Of a stretch of DNA of 64,000 bases, positions 50,521 through 60,603 are shown one piece after another. The stretch is from an uncultured Chloroflexia bacterium. Lineage in GTDB: Bacteria; Chloroflexota; Limnocylindria; Limnocylindrales; CSP1-4. The stretch is taken from contig CAVVYR010000019.1 in assembly GCA_963752475.1 (NCBI GenBank), forward strand, positions 1 to 64,000, in the 5' to 3' direction. The number at the start of each line of letters is the position of its first letter. Position 1 is the first letter of the stretch. The translations under genes and the position numbers were made by a program. The notes below the pieces were generated by a model. The model saw only the letters and a list, made by a program, of their open reading frames with translations. It did no database searches and was not told the DNA's origin.

Positions 50521-50663
50521 CGGCAGCTCGCGCCCACCGGCCCGCACCCACCGGCCCGCACCCAGCAGCTCGCCCATCGGCCCGCACCCAGCAGCTCGCG
50601 CGCGGGTCGCCCACCGGCCCGCACCCAGCAGCTCGCCCATCGGCCCGCGCGCGGGTCGCCCAT
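50521..50663. repeat. degenerate short tandem repeats
   Basis: CGGCCCGCACCCAGCAGCTCGC recurs 3 times, with partial copies. Confidence 0.8.
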
Positions 50664-50715
50664 ATGGCATTCGGGTCGAATGTCGGCTCAGGCGGCCTTA
50701 GGCCCGAATCTGGCG

Positions 50716-50853
50716 ATGACCGCCTCGGCCCAGAACGTGCTCTATGCCCTGATCGACTGGTTCATGCCCACGCTGGCGAGGAACGAGGTCTACTGGCATG
50801 AGGTAGTGGGCCTACGGCCGCCGGAGGCACCATTCGACCAGGAAGCCTGGTGA
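50716..50853 (+). CDS. possible 45-aa small protein
   Basis: MTASAQNVLYALIDWFMPTLARNEVYWHEVVGLRPPEAPFDQEAW; GC3-rich codons; below the ORF-track cutoff. Confidence 0.35.
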   Translation: MTASAQNVLYALIDWFMPTLARNEVYWHEVVGLRPPEAPFDQEAW

Positions 50854-50934
50854 CGGCGAGGCTGCTCCCGCGTCAGCGCTCTGAGATCGTCTGCGACGCC
50901 GAGGTCGGGTCTGCGCCCACGGCTTCGTATTGCC

Positions 50935-51100
50935 GCGAGATCCACAGCGGCCTCATGCGTGGCGCCGCGGCGAGCAAAGACCCGCCACGAGATCGGCAGC
51001 GGCCCCATGCGTGGCACCGCGGCGCGCAAAGACCCGCCACGAGATCGGCAGGGGCCCCATGCGTGGCACCGCGGCGCGCGACGACCGGCTACGAGATCGG
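50935..51100. repeat. 52-bp tandem repeat, 3 copies plus a partial copy, overlapping the ligD stop
   Basis: copies start at 50935, 50987, 51039 and 51091 (unit ACGAGATCGGCAGCGGCCCCATGCGTGGCACCGCGGCGCGCAAAGACCCGCC). Confidence 0.88.
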
Positions 51101-53815
51101 CGGCAGCTCCTGGGGGTCCTCGAGGACGCCGGCGAAGAGATCGCCCCGCTGGGCCACGCGATCGAGGATGGTGCGCATGTCCCAACGGCCGGCGAAGAGC
51201 TCCCGATCGTCTAGCTCTTCCCACGTGATCGGCGCCGAGACCGAGCCCGCCGCCACCGGCCGCACCGCGTACGGCGCCACCAGCGTCTTGATGAACGAGT
51301 TCTGGGTGTAGTCGAGTCGCGCCCGGCCGCCACGATCCTTCTTGGTCCACTCCCAGGACACGAGATCCGGCACCACGGCGCCCACCCCGCGTGACAGCTC
51401 ACCGACCCAGTCACGCGTCTCGTCGAAGGTGTACTTCGGGGCCACGTGGATCCAGATCTGGACGCCGCGCTTGCCGCTGACCTTGGGGTAGGCCTGCACG
51501 CGCAGATGCCCCAGCGCCGTCCGATAGAGCGTGGCCAGCGTGATCAGCTCCGCCCACGTCGTGTCGGTGCCGGGGTCGATGTCGATGTAGGCATAGGTCG
51601 GACGTCGATAGTGGGGCAGTCGGCTGGTCCAGGGGTGGAGGTCGATGCAGGCCTGGTTGGCCAGCCAGGCCATGGTCGCGACGCGGTCGGCCACGACGTA
51701 CGTGTGCGACTGAGTGCGGCCGGCCTCGGGATAGTCCCAGCGGGCCACCCAGTCGGGCGCGTGGTCGGGGATCTGCTTCTGCCAGAACTGCGTCCTGCCG
51801 GCGACGCCGTCGGGCCAGCGATGCACGTTCAGCGGCCGTTCGCGTAGGTAGGGCAGGATCACCGGCGCGATCGTGGCGTAGTAGCGCACCAGGTCGCGCT
51901 TGGTGAAGCCGGCATCGGGGAACAGCACCTTGTCGAGGTTCGTCAGCTCGACCTCGTGACCCCCCACCGACCATCGACCGCCACCATCGATCTCGTCGAG
52001 CGCTGCCAACTCCTGGGCCGTGGCTCGATCCGTCGCGTCTCCAGCCGACGACGCGCCAGATACATCCGTGGCGTCTCCAGCCGACGACGCGCCAGATACA
52101 TCCGTGGCGTCTCCAGCCGACGACGTGCCAGGCACCACCGCGTCCGACGAGGCGACAGGTACGACCGTGTCCGGCTCCAAGCTCGCGGCCACCGCGGCCA
52201 CCGCCACGGCCTTCTCTCGGGTCACGCTCGATGGATTTCGCTCGGGCTCGAAGCCCTTCAGTACCGCCTGACGAAGCAGTCCATCGGTCGTCCACTCGGC
52301 GAACTCGGCGCGGATGACGTGACGCGGTTCGCAGTAGCGGGCGCTAGCCGAAGGCGGGGTCAACGACGCCGGCGACGACTCGAGCGGCGCCTCCTCCACG
52401 AACGCCCGTAGCGTCTTTCGATCGCGCTCGTCGATACCGCTCCCGACGTGGCCCGCGAACCGCCACCCGTCTTCCTCGTGCGTCGCCACCAGCACCGAAC
52501 CGAGATACTTCGCCCGGCCTTGCCCGGGCTCGTACCCGATCACCACCAGCTCCTGCTCGCGGCGGGCCTTGACCTTGAGCCACTCGCGTGAGCGCACTCC
52601 CGGCCGGTAGCGGCTGCGGCGGTGCTTCGCGATCGAGCCCTCCAGTCCCTCTGCCGCGATGGCAGCCTGGAACTCCGTGCCGTGCTCGTCGATGTGGGTC
52701 ACATACCGGACGGCCGGATGCTCGCGCAGGAGCAGTCGCAAGAGCCGCTTGCGTTCGTCGAGTGCCAGGTCCGTGAGGTCGAGGCCATCGAGGCGCAGGA
52801 GGTCGAACGCGTGATAGACGAGCGTGCCATCGCGAGCCACCTCGTCGGGCGCCATCGACCGCCGCTCGCGGCGTTTCGCACCCAGGCCGCGCATGCCGGT
52901 GAGCTCCTGCAGCAGCCCGAAGTCCGGTCGGCCCTCCGCGTCGAGCGCGACCATCTCGCCGTCGACGATGGCGTCATCGGCTGCGATCCAGTCGGGTGGT
53001 GCGGCCGCGAAGTCGGGGAAGTACGTAGCCGCATCGACCCGCTTTCGTGTCCACAGCTTGACCGTCCCGCCACGCACGACCGCCTGCGTGCGGTAGCCAT
53101 CCAGCTTGAGCTCGAAGAGCCAGGCGGGATCGTTGAACGGTCCGTCGACCGCGGTCGCCAGCATCGGCTTGACGAAGGTGGCGCGCCCGCCCGGCCGAGC
53201 GTCAGCCAGGTCGATGTCGGCCAGCGTTCGCGCCGGGGCCATCGCGCCCGACACCCCAGCGGCCACCTCTTCGTTGGTCCGGCCGCTGAGCACCGAGGTG
53301 GGGTACTCGTCGATGTCCCAGCCCGCGATGGCACCTTCGCGTTTGCGGATGAGTAGCCAGTCCTCCTTGCCTTGCTCGACGCCCGTGCGCACGATGACGA
53401 AGCGACCACGCAACCGCTTGCCGTGGAGGATGAGCTTCAGCTCGCCGTTCGCCACCGACTCGGCCGGGTCCTCCTCGAGCTCCGGGTCCCAGGAGCCATG
53501 GTCCCAGACGATGGCATCGCCTCCGCCGTATTCGCCCTTGGGGATCACGCCCTCGAAGTCGAGGTACTCGATGGGGTGGTCTTCGGTGCGTGCCGCCCGC
53601 CGTTTGGCCAGCGGCTCCATCGACGGCCCCCGCGGCAGCGCCCAGCTCACCAGCACACCGTCGATCTCCAGGCGGAAGTCGTAGTGCAGGCGCGTGGCCC
53701 GATGCCGACCGACCACGAATCGGCGCAACGACGCCGGCAGCACGGGGCCATCCGTACCACGTGGCTCGGGCGTGCGGTCGAACGCGCGTTTGCGCCAGTA
53801 CTCCTCGAGCGGCAT
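51089..53815 (-). CDS. ligD: NHEJ DNA ligase D (phosphoesterase-ligase-polymerase)
   Basis: HRATRLHYDFRLE, ELKLDGYR, WLKVK, LTNLDKVLFP, DIDPG, SGKRG, APYAVR. Confidence 0.93.
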   Translation of the reverse strand: MPLEEYWRKRAFDRTPEPRGTDGPVLPASLRRFVVGRHRATRLHYDFRLEIDGVLVSWALPRGPSMEPLAKRRAARTEDHPIEYLDFEGVIPKGEYGGGDAIVWDHGSWDPELEEDPAESVANGELKLILHGKRLRGRFVIVRTGVEQGKEDWLLIRKREGAIAGWDIDEYPTSVLSGRTNEEVAAGVSGAMAPARTLADIDLADARPGGRATFVKPMLATAVDGPFNDPAWLFELKLDGYRTQAVVRGGTVKLWTRKRVDAATYFPDFAAAPPDWIAADDAIVDGEMVALDAEGRPDFGLLQELTGMRGLGAKRRERRSMAPDEVARDGTLVYHAFDLLRLDGLDLTDLALDERKRLLRLLLREHPAVRYVTHIDEHGTEFQAAIAAEGLEGSIAKHRRSRYRPGVRSREWLKVKARREQELVVIGYEPGQGRAKYLGSVLVATHEEDGWRFAGHVGSGIDERDRKTLRAFVEEAPLESSPASLTPPSASARYCEPRHVIRAEFAEWTTDGLLRQAVLKGFEPERNPSSVTREKAVAVAAVAASLEPDTVVPVASSDAVVPGTSSAGDATDVSGASSAGDATDVSGASSAGDATDRATAQELAALDEIDGGGRWSVGGHEVELTNLDKVLFPDAGFTKRDLVRYYATIAPVILPYLRERPLNVHRWPDGVAGRTQFWQKQIPDHAPDWVARWDYPEAGRTQSHTYVVADRVATMAWLANQACIDLHPWTSRLPHYRRPTYAYIDIDPGTDTTWAELITLATLYRTALGHLRVQAYPKVSGKRGVQIWIHVAPKYTFDETRDWVGELSRGVGAVVPDLVSWEWTKKDRGGRARLDYTQNSFIKTLVAPYAVRPVAAGSVSAPITWEELDDRELFAGRWDMRTILDRVAQRGDLFAGVLEDPQELPPIS
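52028..52135. repeat. 36-bp in-frame tandem repeat x3 in the LigD linker
   Basis: encodes (V)SGASSAGDATD repeats. Confidence 0.88.
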
Positions 53816-53918
53816 GCGGGGAGCGTAGCGTCTGTGCGGGCCGAGGCCGCCGTCGGGCCTAGTGCCGCGTCGTCTCCTGTGGCGAGCCTGGAACGTGGTG
53901 TCCCTACCGGTGGCGAGC

Positions 53919-55022
53919 CTAGAGCGGCGTCATCTCCGGCAGCGGCACCTCGTAGCGCCCGGCCAGGTCGACGAGGCTTTCGAGATGGCCGGAGTCGAGG
54001 TTCACGCCGTGCTCTTCGGCCCGTCGTTCGGCTGCGGCTTCCGGCTCCCCCGGGATCAGCACCCGGCCCGGGGCACCGGCGATCGTCCGTGCCCCCACGA
54101 GGAGCTCGATCTCGTGCTCCATGCGCTTCTCGAAGGCGCCGGGCTCGTCGAGCACGTCGGGGTCGATGGCCATGAAGGTCTGGCTCAGGTCCACGGCTCC
54201 GTGTTCCTCGGAGAAGAGCGGTGCGATGAGTGGTCCCGGCGTCGAGCCGCCGAGCACGCCAGTGAGGATGTCCACCAGCAGCGTCAGGCCGTAGCCCTTG
54301 TAGCCACCGGTCTCCTCGCAACCGCCGAGCGGCAGCAGCGCGCCGGCCAGCGCAGCGTCCGGCGTGTACGCCGGCCGGCCATCGGCATCGATGGCCCAGC
54401 TCGGCTGCAGCAGCTCACCACGTCGGGCCGCGACCTCGATGCGACCACGCGGGATCGTCGACGTGGCCATGTCGAGGCAGAAGTGGTCGTATTGGCCCGC
54501 CGGCGCCGCGACCGCGATGGGATTGCTGCCGAGCATGGCGTCGACCGCACGCGTAGGTGCCACGAGGGGAGAGGAGTTGGTCAGGCTGATGCCGATGAGT
54601 CCTGCGTCGGCCATGCGCAGCGCGTACCAACCGGCGATGCCGTAGTGGTTGGAGTTGCGCACCACGGCCGTGAACGAACCGGCCGCCCTGGCTCCCGCGA
54701 TGGCTGTATCCACGGCCACACGTCCCGCGTGCTGCCCCCATCCGTTGTGGGCATCGAAGAACGCCAGCGCCGAGCGTGACCGGATCACCTCCGGTCGTGC
54801 CTCCGGATCCATCGTGCCTCGCTCGATATGGGCCACGTAGCGCGCCAGACGTGCGGTGCCATGGGAGGCGATGCCTCGGCGGTCGCTGGCCACGAGCACC
54901 GTCGCGACGTCGGCCGCGATGTCCGAAGGCGTGCCCAGTCGCTCGACGAGCGACGTGGTCCAGGACTCGAGCTCGGACGCGCTTGCGGCAGCGCCACCCA
55001 CGGGGTCGGCATAGACGGGCAT
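53919..55022 (-). CDS. Ldh_2 family oxidoreductase (malate/L-lactate/L-sulfolactate dehydrogenase type 2)
   Basis: GIASHG, NSNHYG, GSNPIA, LDMATS, GYKGYGL. Confidence 0.92.
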   Translation of the reverse strand: MPVYADPVGGAAASASELESWTTSLVERLGTPSDIAADVATVLVASDRRGIASHGTARLARYVAHIERGTMDPEARPEVIRSRSALAFFDAHNGWGQHAGRVAVDTAIAGARAAGSFTAVVRNSNHYGIAGWYALRMADAGLIGISLTNSSPLVAPTRAVDAMLGSNPIAVAAPAGQYDHFCLDMATSTIPRGRIEVAARRGELLQPSWAIDADGRPAYTPDAALAGALLPLGGCEETGGYKGYGLTLLVDILTGVLGGSTPGPLIAPLFSEEHGAVDLSQTFMAIDPDVLDEPGAFEKRMEHEIELLVGARTIAGAPGRVLIPGEPEAAAERRAEEHGVNLDSGHLESLVDLAGRYEVPLPEMTPL

Positions 55023-55094
55023 GCCTTGACCCTATCGGTGCCACGCGTGTTCTTGGAGTGACCTACGGCTCAGCGTAGGGAGGCCGCTGGGAAC

Positions 55095-57854
55095 CTAGCC
55101 GGGGATGACGCAACCCTTGGGCTTGTCTGTGAAGCCTGGCTGACAGGTCGGCGAGGCGCCACCGCCGCCACCACTGCCACCACCACCAGAGCTGCTGCTG
55201 CCGCCACCTCCCGAGTCGGAGCTGGAACTGCCCGAGGGCGTGGAGGGTGCTGCGCTCGAGTAGCCGCAACTGCCGGTCTTGATCGTGCCCCACTGGCTGG
55301 ACGACCCGACGCCTCGCGCCGCCCAGGAGTTGATGGCCGAGGAGGGCCACCATGCGCCAGGCACCTCCAGGGCCGTGATGCTGCCGCACGAGAAGGCCGG
55401 GTCCACCTGCTTGTTGCCGCCGGGCTGGGTGCCGCGCACGAAGAGTTCCGTGCGGGTGCCGTCCGGCGTGCGCACCGCTGCGCTGACGACGCCGGTCTTG
55501 GGCGGCTTGAAGGTGGGTGCGGCCTTGCCGGCCATGTAGCGGCTGACGAACGCATGCCAGGACTCGCCGGCGTTGCTCATGGAGTAGATGGGCGGGCTGG
55601 TGATGTTGGGCGCCCGGCTGTTGCTGTTGCCGTACCAGACACCGACGGCCAGCGCGGGCTGCTTGTCGTTGTTGGGCTTGGGCAGGTAGCCGTACGTGGA
55701 GTAGTCCTTGAGGTTGTTGGTGGTGCCGGTCTTGACGGCCAGCTCGCGTCGAGCGCCGTTCTTGGTGTTGTACATGGCGAAGGTGTCTGCCCAGACCGGG
55801 TTCTCTCGCGGATCCGCGTTGCCCTTGAGGATGTCGGTGACGATGTAGGCCGTCTGTGGGCTCCACACCTGTGTGGTCACGGGCTTGCCGGCGTCGTAGA
55901 TGGTGTTGCCGTTGGGGTCCTTGATCTCCAGGACGTAGCGCGGGCGCGTGACCTTGCCGTTGTTACCGAAGGCACCGAAGGCCTTGACGTGATCGAGCGG
56001 CCGGACCTCGACCGTGCCGATGGCGCCGGCCAGGCCTGCGACGTCGAGCGCCTTGTTGCCGAAGCCGACGGGCTCGGGGATGAACTCATAGCCAGCCTTG
56101 ACCGCGTACTTGCGCACGGTCTTGACGCCCGTCTGAGCGAGGGCGCGGATAGCCGGCACGTTGAGCGACTTCTGCAGTGCGTCACGCACGGCGATGGGGC
56201 CGCTGTCCGTCTTCTCCGCGTTCTTGGGCACCCACGTCTGACCTTCGTCATTGCGGCCGCCGAAGGGCGTGGTGATGTCGAGGATGACCGATGCCGCCGT
56301 CAGTGCACCGGTGTCGATGCCGGTGGCATAGACGATGGGCTTCCACGACGAACCCGGCTGTCGCTTGCCCAGGCCGATGTGGTCGTACTGGTAGTCGACG
56401 CGCTGGTTCTTGTTCTTCTTGTAGTAGCCCGGAGGCGCCGCGACGTAGGCGAGGACGTCGCCGGTGCGGTAGTCCATGGCCACGAGCGCGCCGCTGTAGA
56501 CGCCGAGCGCGCGGAGCCGCGTGACCCAGCCCGACTCGGACTGCAGCCCGCGCTTGCGAAGGCCGGCGTACATCTCCGTCGCCGGCAGGTGGGGAGCGAC
56601 AGCGCCGGCCCAGACGATGTCCTCACCGAGCTTCTGCGCCTTGTAGTCGAGCGTGGTCTTGATGCGGTAGCCACCGTCCTTGACCGGGTCGTAGTCGTTG
56701 CCCAGGATCTGCTCGACTTCCTTGAGCGCGGCATTGACGAACTGCGGCGCCTTGTAGCGCACGCCCTGCTCCTTCTTGACGAAGATGCGCTCGTTCTTGG
56801 CTGCTTCGATCTGCGCCTCGGTGGGCTTGACCCAACGACCCTTGCCATCGGCCAGTCGATCGAGGATGAAGTGCTGGCGCTGGACGACCTCCGTCTCGAC
56901 GCACTTGGGCTTGTTGTCCGGGCACTGCCTGATGACGTACTTGATCTTCTTGTTCTTGCCGGAGCCCTTCTTGATCTTGGTCAGGTTGGCGTAGCCGCCC
57001 TTGGCATTCTTGGCGTAGGGGTAGAACACCGCCGGCGTCTGCGGGATGGCCGCCAGCAGGGCGGTCTCCGCCAGCGTCAGCTCTTCGAGGTCCTTGCCGA
57101 GGTAGACGTCAGCGGCGGCCCGGATGCCGTGGACGGCACCGCCGTAGGGGATCTGGTTGAGGTAGGCGGTGATGATCTCCTGCTTGCCATCCTCACCGGG
57201 GAACGCTTGCGTCAGGCGATAGGCCTGGATGATCTCCTTGGCCTTGCGCGTGTACAACGCCTCGTCGCTCTCGAACTGGCTCTGGAGCACGTCTTCCGGC
57301 AGCAGCACCGCACGCACGAGCTGCTGGGTGATGGTGGACGCACCACGGGCGTCGCCGCCTCCGGCAACCGTGAAGAGCTGACCTACGGTGGCCTCGAGGT
57401 CCACGCCTGGATTGGTCCAGAAGGTGTCGTCCTCTGTCGCCGTGGTGGCGTCGAGCACGACCTTGGGGATCTCCTGGAAGCGATCGATGACGTCGCGGCG
57501 GTCGTTCCAGAACTCGGCCAGCTTGACGCCGTCGCGCGAGTACATGAGCGATTGCTCCTTGAAGTCGAGATCCTTGAAGGAGCGGGGATCGGGGAGGCCT
57601 TCCTCGAGCTGGGTGAGCGTGACGGCGGCCGCGCCGCCAGCGGTGATGACGGCGGCAGAGGCGACGGTCACGCCGGAGACCATGAGGATCAGGAACAGGG
57701 CCAGGATCGCGGACGGACCCGAGGATCCCTGCTTGCGATGTCGTTGGCTGCGCTTGACTGCGATACGCGCAGCGAAAGAACCCCGATGATGGGGCCCAGT
57801 CCCGGTCCGCTTGCCGGTCCGGGAAGCACGGCGCTTCTGTGGGCGATACGGCAT
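55095..57854 (-). CDS. class A penicillin-binding protein (transglycosylase/transpeptidase)
   Basis: EDDTF, GASTITQQL, RQPGSSWK (SxxK), SLN, KTGT. Confidence 0.93.
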   Translation of the reverse strand: MPYRPQKRRASRTGKRTGTGPHHRGSFAARIAVKRSQRHRKQGSSGPSAILALFLILMVSGVTVASAAVITAGGAAAVTLTQLEEGLPDPRSFKDLDFKEQSLMYSRDGVKLAEFWNDRRDVIDRFQEIPKVVLDATTATEDDTFWTNPGVDLEATVGQLFTVAGGGDARGASTITQQLVRAVLLPEDVLQSQFESDEALYTRKAKEIIQAYRLTQAFPGEDGKQEIITAYLNQIPYGGAVHGIRAAADVYLGKDLEELTLAETALLAAIPQTPAVFYPYAKNAKGGYANLTKIKKGSGKNKKIKYVIRQCPDNKPKCVETEVVQRQHFILDRLADGKGRWVKPTEAQIEAAKNERIFVKKEQGVRYKAPQFVNAALKEVEQILGNDYDPVKDGGYRIKTTLDYKAQKLGEDIVWAGAVAPHLPATEMYAGLRKRGLQSESGWVTRLRALGVYSGALVAMDYRTGDVLAYVAAPPGYYKKNKNQRVDYQYDHIGLGKRQPGSSWKPIVYATGIDTGALTAASVILDITTPFGGRNDEGQTWVPKNAEKTDSGPIAVRDALQKSLNVPAIRALAQTGVKTVRKYAVKAGYEFIPEPVGFGNKALDVAGLAGAIGTVEVRPLDHVKAFGAFGNNGKVTRPRYVLEIKDPNGNTIYDAGKPVTTQVWSPQTAYIVTDILKGNADPRENPVWADTFAMYNTKNGARRELAVKTGTTNNLKDYSTYGYLPKPNNDKQPALAVGVWYGNSNSRAPNITSPPIYSMSNAGESWHAFVSRYMAGKAAPTFKPPKTGVVSAAVRTPDGTRTELFVRGTQPGGNKQVDPAFSCGSITALEVPGAWWPSSAINSWAARGVGSSSQWGTIKTGSCGYSSAAPSTPSGSSSSDSGGGGSSSSGGGGSGGGGGASPTCQPGFTDKPKGCVIPG

Positions 57855-57891
57855 TCGAGGACATTGTGCACGACCTTCGGCGAAAGCGGGT

Positions 57892-58803
57892 ATGTCGGAG
57901 ATGAAGGTTTCGACACTTTCCAGCCCTCAGGGCGCGCTCGGTGGCTCCCGACTGCGCCGCTTCCAGACCGCGCTGCTCGAGTGGTACGTCCCCCGTGCGC
58001 GGCCACTGCGCATCCGCACGACGCGCGATGCGTGGGCCATCCTCGTCTCGGAGGTCATGGCCCAGCAGACGCAGATCGCCCGGGTCGATGAAGCCTGGGT
58101 CGCGTTCATCGAGCGCTATCCGACCCCCGACTCTCTCGCGAAGGCCACCACTGCCGAGGTGTTGCGCGCCTGGGCCGGGCTTGGCTACAACCGACGAGCG
58201 CTCAACCTGCAGCGCGCGGCGCAGGCCATCGAGGACCGACACGGTGGTGCGGTGCCCTCGTCGATCGATGAGCTCGAGGCCTTGCCGGGGGTGGGGCCCT
58301 ACACCGCCCGAGCGGTCGCGGCCATCGCCTTCGGGCAGCCGGCCGCGGCCGTCGATACCAACGTACGCCGAGTGGTCACGCGCGTGCTGGGCTACGAGCT
58401 TGGACCCGTGCCGCTCCAGGCAGTCGCCGACACGCTCGTCGAGACCTCGGACCCCGCGACCTGGACGCATGCCTCGATGGAACTGGGCGCCATCGTCTGC
58501 ACCGCACGGGCGCCTCGGTGCGAGGCCTGCCCGGTCTCGAAGTGGTGTGCCAGCGCTGGCTCGGTGGAGGTGCCGGCGCGACGAGGCCCGACGACGACGC
58601 CGGCCTTCGAGCTCACGACCCGCTGGCTCAGAGGACGCATCATCGAGCGCCTGCGTGACCTCGACGACGGCACCTGGGAAGCCCTGCCTCAGACCATCGG
58701 CGACCACGACGCAGGGGCCATCGAGGCCGCGGTCAGCGCGCTCCAGCGCGAGGGCTTGCTCGAGCGACGCCCGGATGGAGCGGTGCGCCTACCATCGGGG
58801 TGA
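57892..58803 (+). CDS. mutY: A/G-specific adenine glycosylase (short form)
   Basis: VSEVMAQQT, WAGLGY, LPGVGPYTA, DTNVRR, Cx6Cx2Cx5C Fe-S motif. Confidence 0.92.
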   Translation: MSEMKVSTLSSPQGALGGSRLRRFQTALLEWYVPRARPLRIRTTRDAWAILVSEVMAQQTQIARVDEAWVAFIERYPTPDSLAKATTAEVLRAWAGLGYNRRALNLQRAAQAIEDRHGGAVPSSIDELEALPGVGPYTARAVAAIAFGQPAAAVDTNVRRVVTRVLGYELGPVPLQAVADTLVETSDPATWTHASMELGAIVCTARAPRCEACPVSKWCASAGSVEVPARRGPTTTPAFELTTRWLRGRIIERLRDLDDGTWEALPQTIGDHDAGAIEAAVSALQREGLLERRPDGAVRLPSG

Positions 58804-58804
58804 C

Positions 58805-59611
58805 ATGACCACGACGCTCGATCCCACGACCCTCATCCCGCTGCCCACCGCCGACCCGACCATCTTCGCGGCCGACACCGACATCGAGGCGCTCACGGTC
58901 CGCTGGCGCGAACAGTCCCAGCTCGAGCCCATGACTGCGGCCGAGATGCGCGGGACCGACGTGCGAGCGCAGCGGCTCGGGATCGCGGGCGAGCGGCTGA
59001 TGGAGGAGGCGGGCACGGCCGTGGCCGCGGCCGTGAAGGCGTTGATGGTCTCGACCGACCGCTCGCGGAGCTCGTTGGTGCTGATCCTTTGCGGCCCCGG
59101 CAACAACGGAGGCGACGGCCTCGTCGCGGCCCGGTACCTCGCCGAGCAGGGCATCGGTTGCGAGGTGGTGCTGCTCTCGAGCAACGGCGTGCCCTCCACG
59201 CCGGACGCGCGCCTGAACTGGGACCGGCTCGAGGGGCTGGAGCGTGTGAACCGGGTCTCCACCGCACGCGACTCCGACGTCGCGCTCTACCTCAACGGTA
59301 TCGAGCGGGCCGGCCTCGTCGTCGACTCGCTCCTGGGGACCGGCGTCAGCGGCGACCTGCGCGAGCCGGTCCGCACGGCCGTCGATGTCGTCGTGCGGGC
59401 CCGTCAGGGCCGCGTGCCGGTGCTCGCGGTCGATACCCCCACGGCCGTCGACCTCACCAGCGGCCGACCCTCCAACCCCGTCGTTCGTGCCGACGTCACG
59501 GTCACCTTCCATCGGCCGAAGGATGGCCTGCGCGCCAGGATCGGCAAGCTGCTCGCGGGCCGTGTGCTGGTCGCGCCCATCGGCATCCCCGTCCAAGCGG
59601 ATCGTGGCTGA
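58805..59611 (+). CDS. nnrE: NAD(P)H-hydrate epimerase (stand-alone YjeF N-domain)
   Basis: LMEEAG, CGPGNNGGDG, DSLLGTG, AVDTP, VTVTFH. Confidence 0.88.
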   Translation: MTTTLDPTTLIPLPTADPTIFAADTDIEALTVRWREQSQLEPMTAAEMRGTDVRAQRLGIAGERLMEEAGTAVAAAVKALMVSTDRSRSSLVLILCGPGNNGGDGLVAARYLAEQGIGCEVVLLSSNGVPSTPDARLNWDRLEGLERVNRVSTARDSDVALYLNGIERAGLVVDSLLGTGVSGDLREPVRTAVDVVVRARQGRVPVLAVDTPTAVDLTSGRPSNPVVRADVTVTFHRPKDGLRARIGKLLAGRVLVAPIGIPVQADRG

Positions 59612-59819
59612 AGTGGGCCGTCCCGAGGGTGCCCCGCGTGACCGCCGCGTCTTCCTCATCGTCGGCGCGCTCGTGGTCGGGTTGCTGGTGTTCAGCGTCG
59701 TGAGCGCGCTGCTGCCGGGCATCGACGCCACACTCGCGGCCGTCCCGGTGGTCGTGGTCGTGCTCGTGGTCGGGACCGTGCTCGTGCTCGCCCGGTCACT
59801 ACGCGGAGCTCGCCGCTAG
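59604..59819 (+). CDS. small two-TM membrane protein
   Basis: GTG start overlapping nnrE end; two hydrophobic helices. Confidence 0.55.
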   Translation: MAEVGRPEGAPRDRRVFLIVGALVVGLLVFSVVSALLPGIDATLAAVPVVVVVLVVGTVLVLARSLRGARR

Positions 59820-59840
59820 ACACCCTCGGCCCGCAAGCGT

Positions 59841-60524
59841 CTATTCGGACTCGGTCGTCTCGTCCTCGGTCGCGGCCGCCACGTGGGAGTCGGGAGGTGG
59901 GGTCGGCTGTCGGTCGCCCGATCGGAACCTTCGCTCCTCGCCGGCGAGGAGCCGCTCGATGTTGTCCTTGTGCGCGACCCAGATGATGATCTCGCCGGGG
60001 ACGACATACCAGAGCCAGGCGGGGTCGATCCAGCCCACGACCATGAACAGGATCACGATGAGCGCGCCCGTCAGCGTGCCCAGGATCGAGGCCAGCGAGA
60101 CGTAGCGGGTGGTCCAGATGATGGCGATGAAGGCCGGCAGCGCGAAAGGCACGATCCAGGGTGCGATCGCGAGCATGCCGCCGACGCCGGTCGCCACGCC
60201 GCGTCCGCCGTGGAAGCCGAGGAAGACCGACTTCCAGCTACCGAGGACGGCGGCCACGCCGGTGAGGGCGCGTACCTCGATGGGTGCGTCCAGCCAGCCG
60301 GCGATGAGGATGGGCAGGGCGCCCTTGCCCAGGTCGAGGCCCGCGACAGCGATGGCGCGAGGCCAACCACCCGCACGCAGCATGTTGGTGCCGCCGGTGC
60401 GACCGGAGCCGACCGACCGCGGATCGGTGCCTCCTGTCAGGCGCGCGACGATGACGCCCATCGGCAACGAGCCCATCAGGTAGCCCATCGCGAGAAGTAC
60501 GAGCAGCAGCAGGAGGTCGTTCAC
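59841..60524 (-). CDS. plsY: glycerol-3-phosphate acyltransferase
   Basis: GYLMGSLP, GSGRTGGTN, DLGKG, GGRGVAT, HKDNIERL. Confidence 0.92.
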   Translation of the reverse strand: MNDLLLLLVLLAMGYLMGSLPMGVIVARLTGGTDPRSVGSGRTGGTNMLRAGGWPRAIAVAGLDLGKGALPILIAGWLDAPIEVRALTGVAAVLGSWKSVFLGFHGGRGVATGVGGMLAIAPWIVPFALPAFIAIIWTTRYVSLASILGTLTGALIVILFMVVGWIDPAWLWYVVPGEIIIWVAHKDNIERLLAGEERRFRSGDRQPTPPPDSHVAAATEDETTESE

Positions 60525-60603
60525 GAACGCCGAGTATAGGTGGGCGTGCCGGCCGCTTTGCTACCATCGGACATGTCCGAATCACGCTCCTCCGAGGTCC
60601 ACC

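Noticed and set aside
50935-51100. CRISPR array
   Set aside because: Whole 52-bp units repeat with no unique spacers; no cas genes
57941-59611. 556-aa extended NnrE
   Set aside because: The extension overlaps mutY in another frame; the start is at 58805
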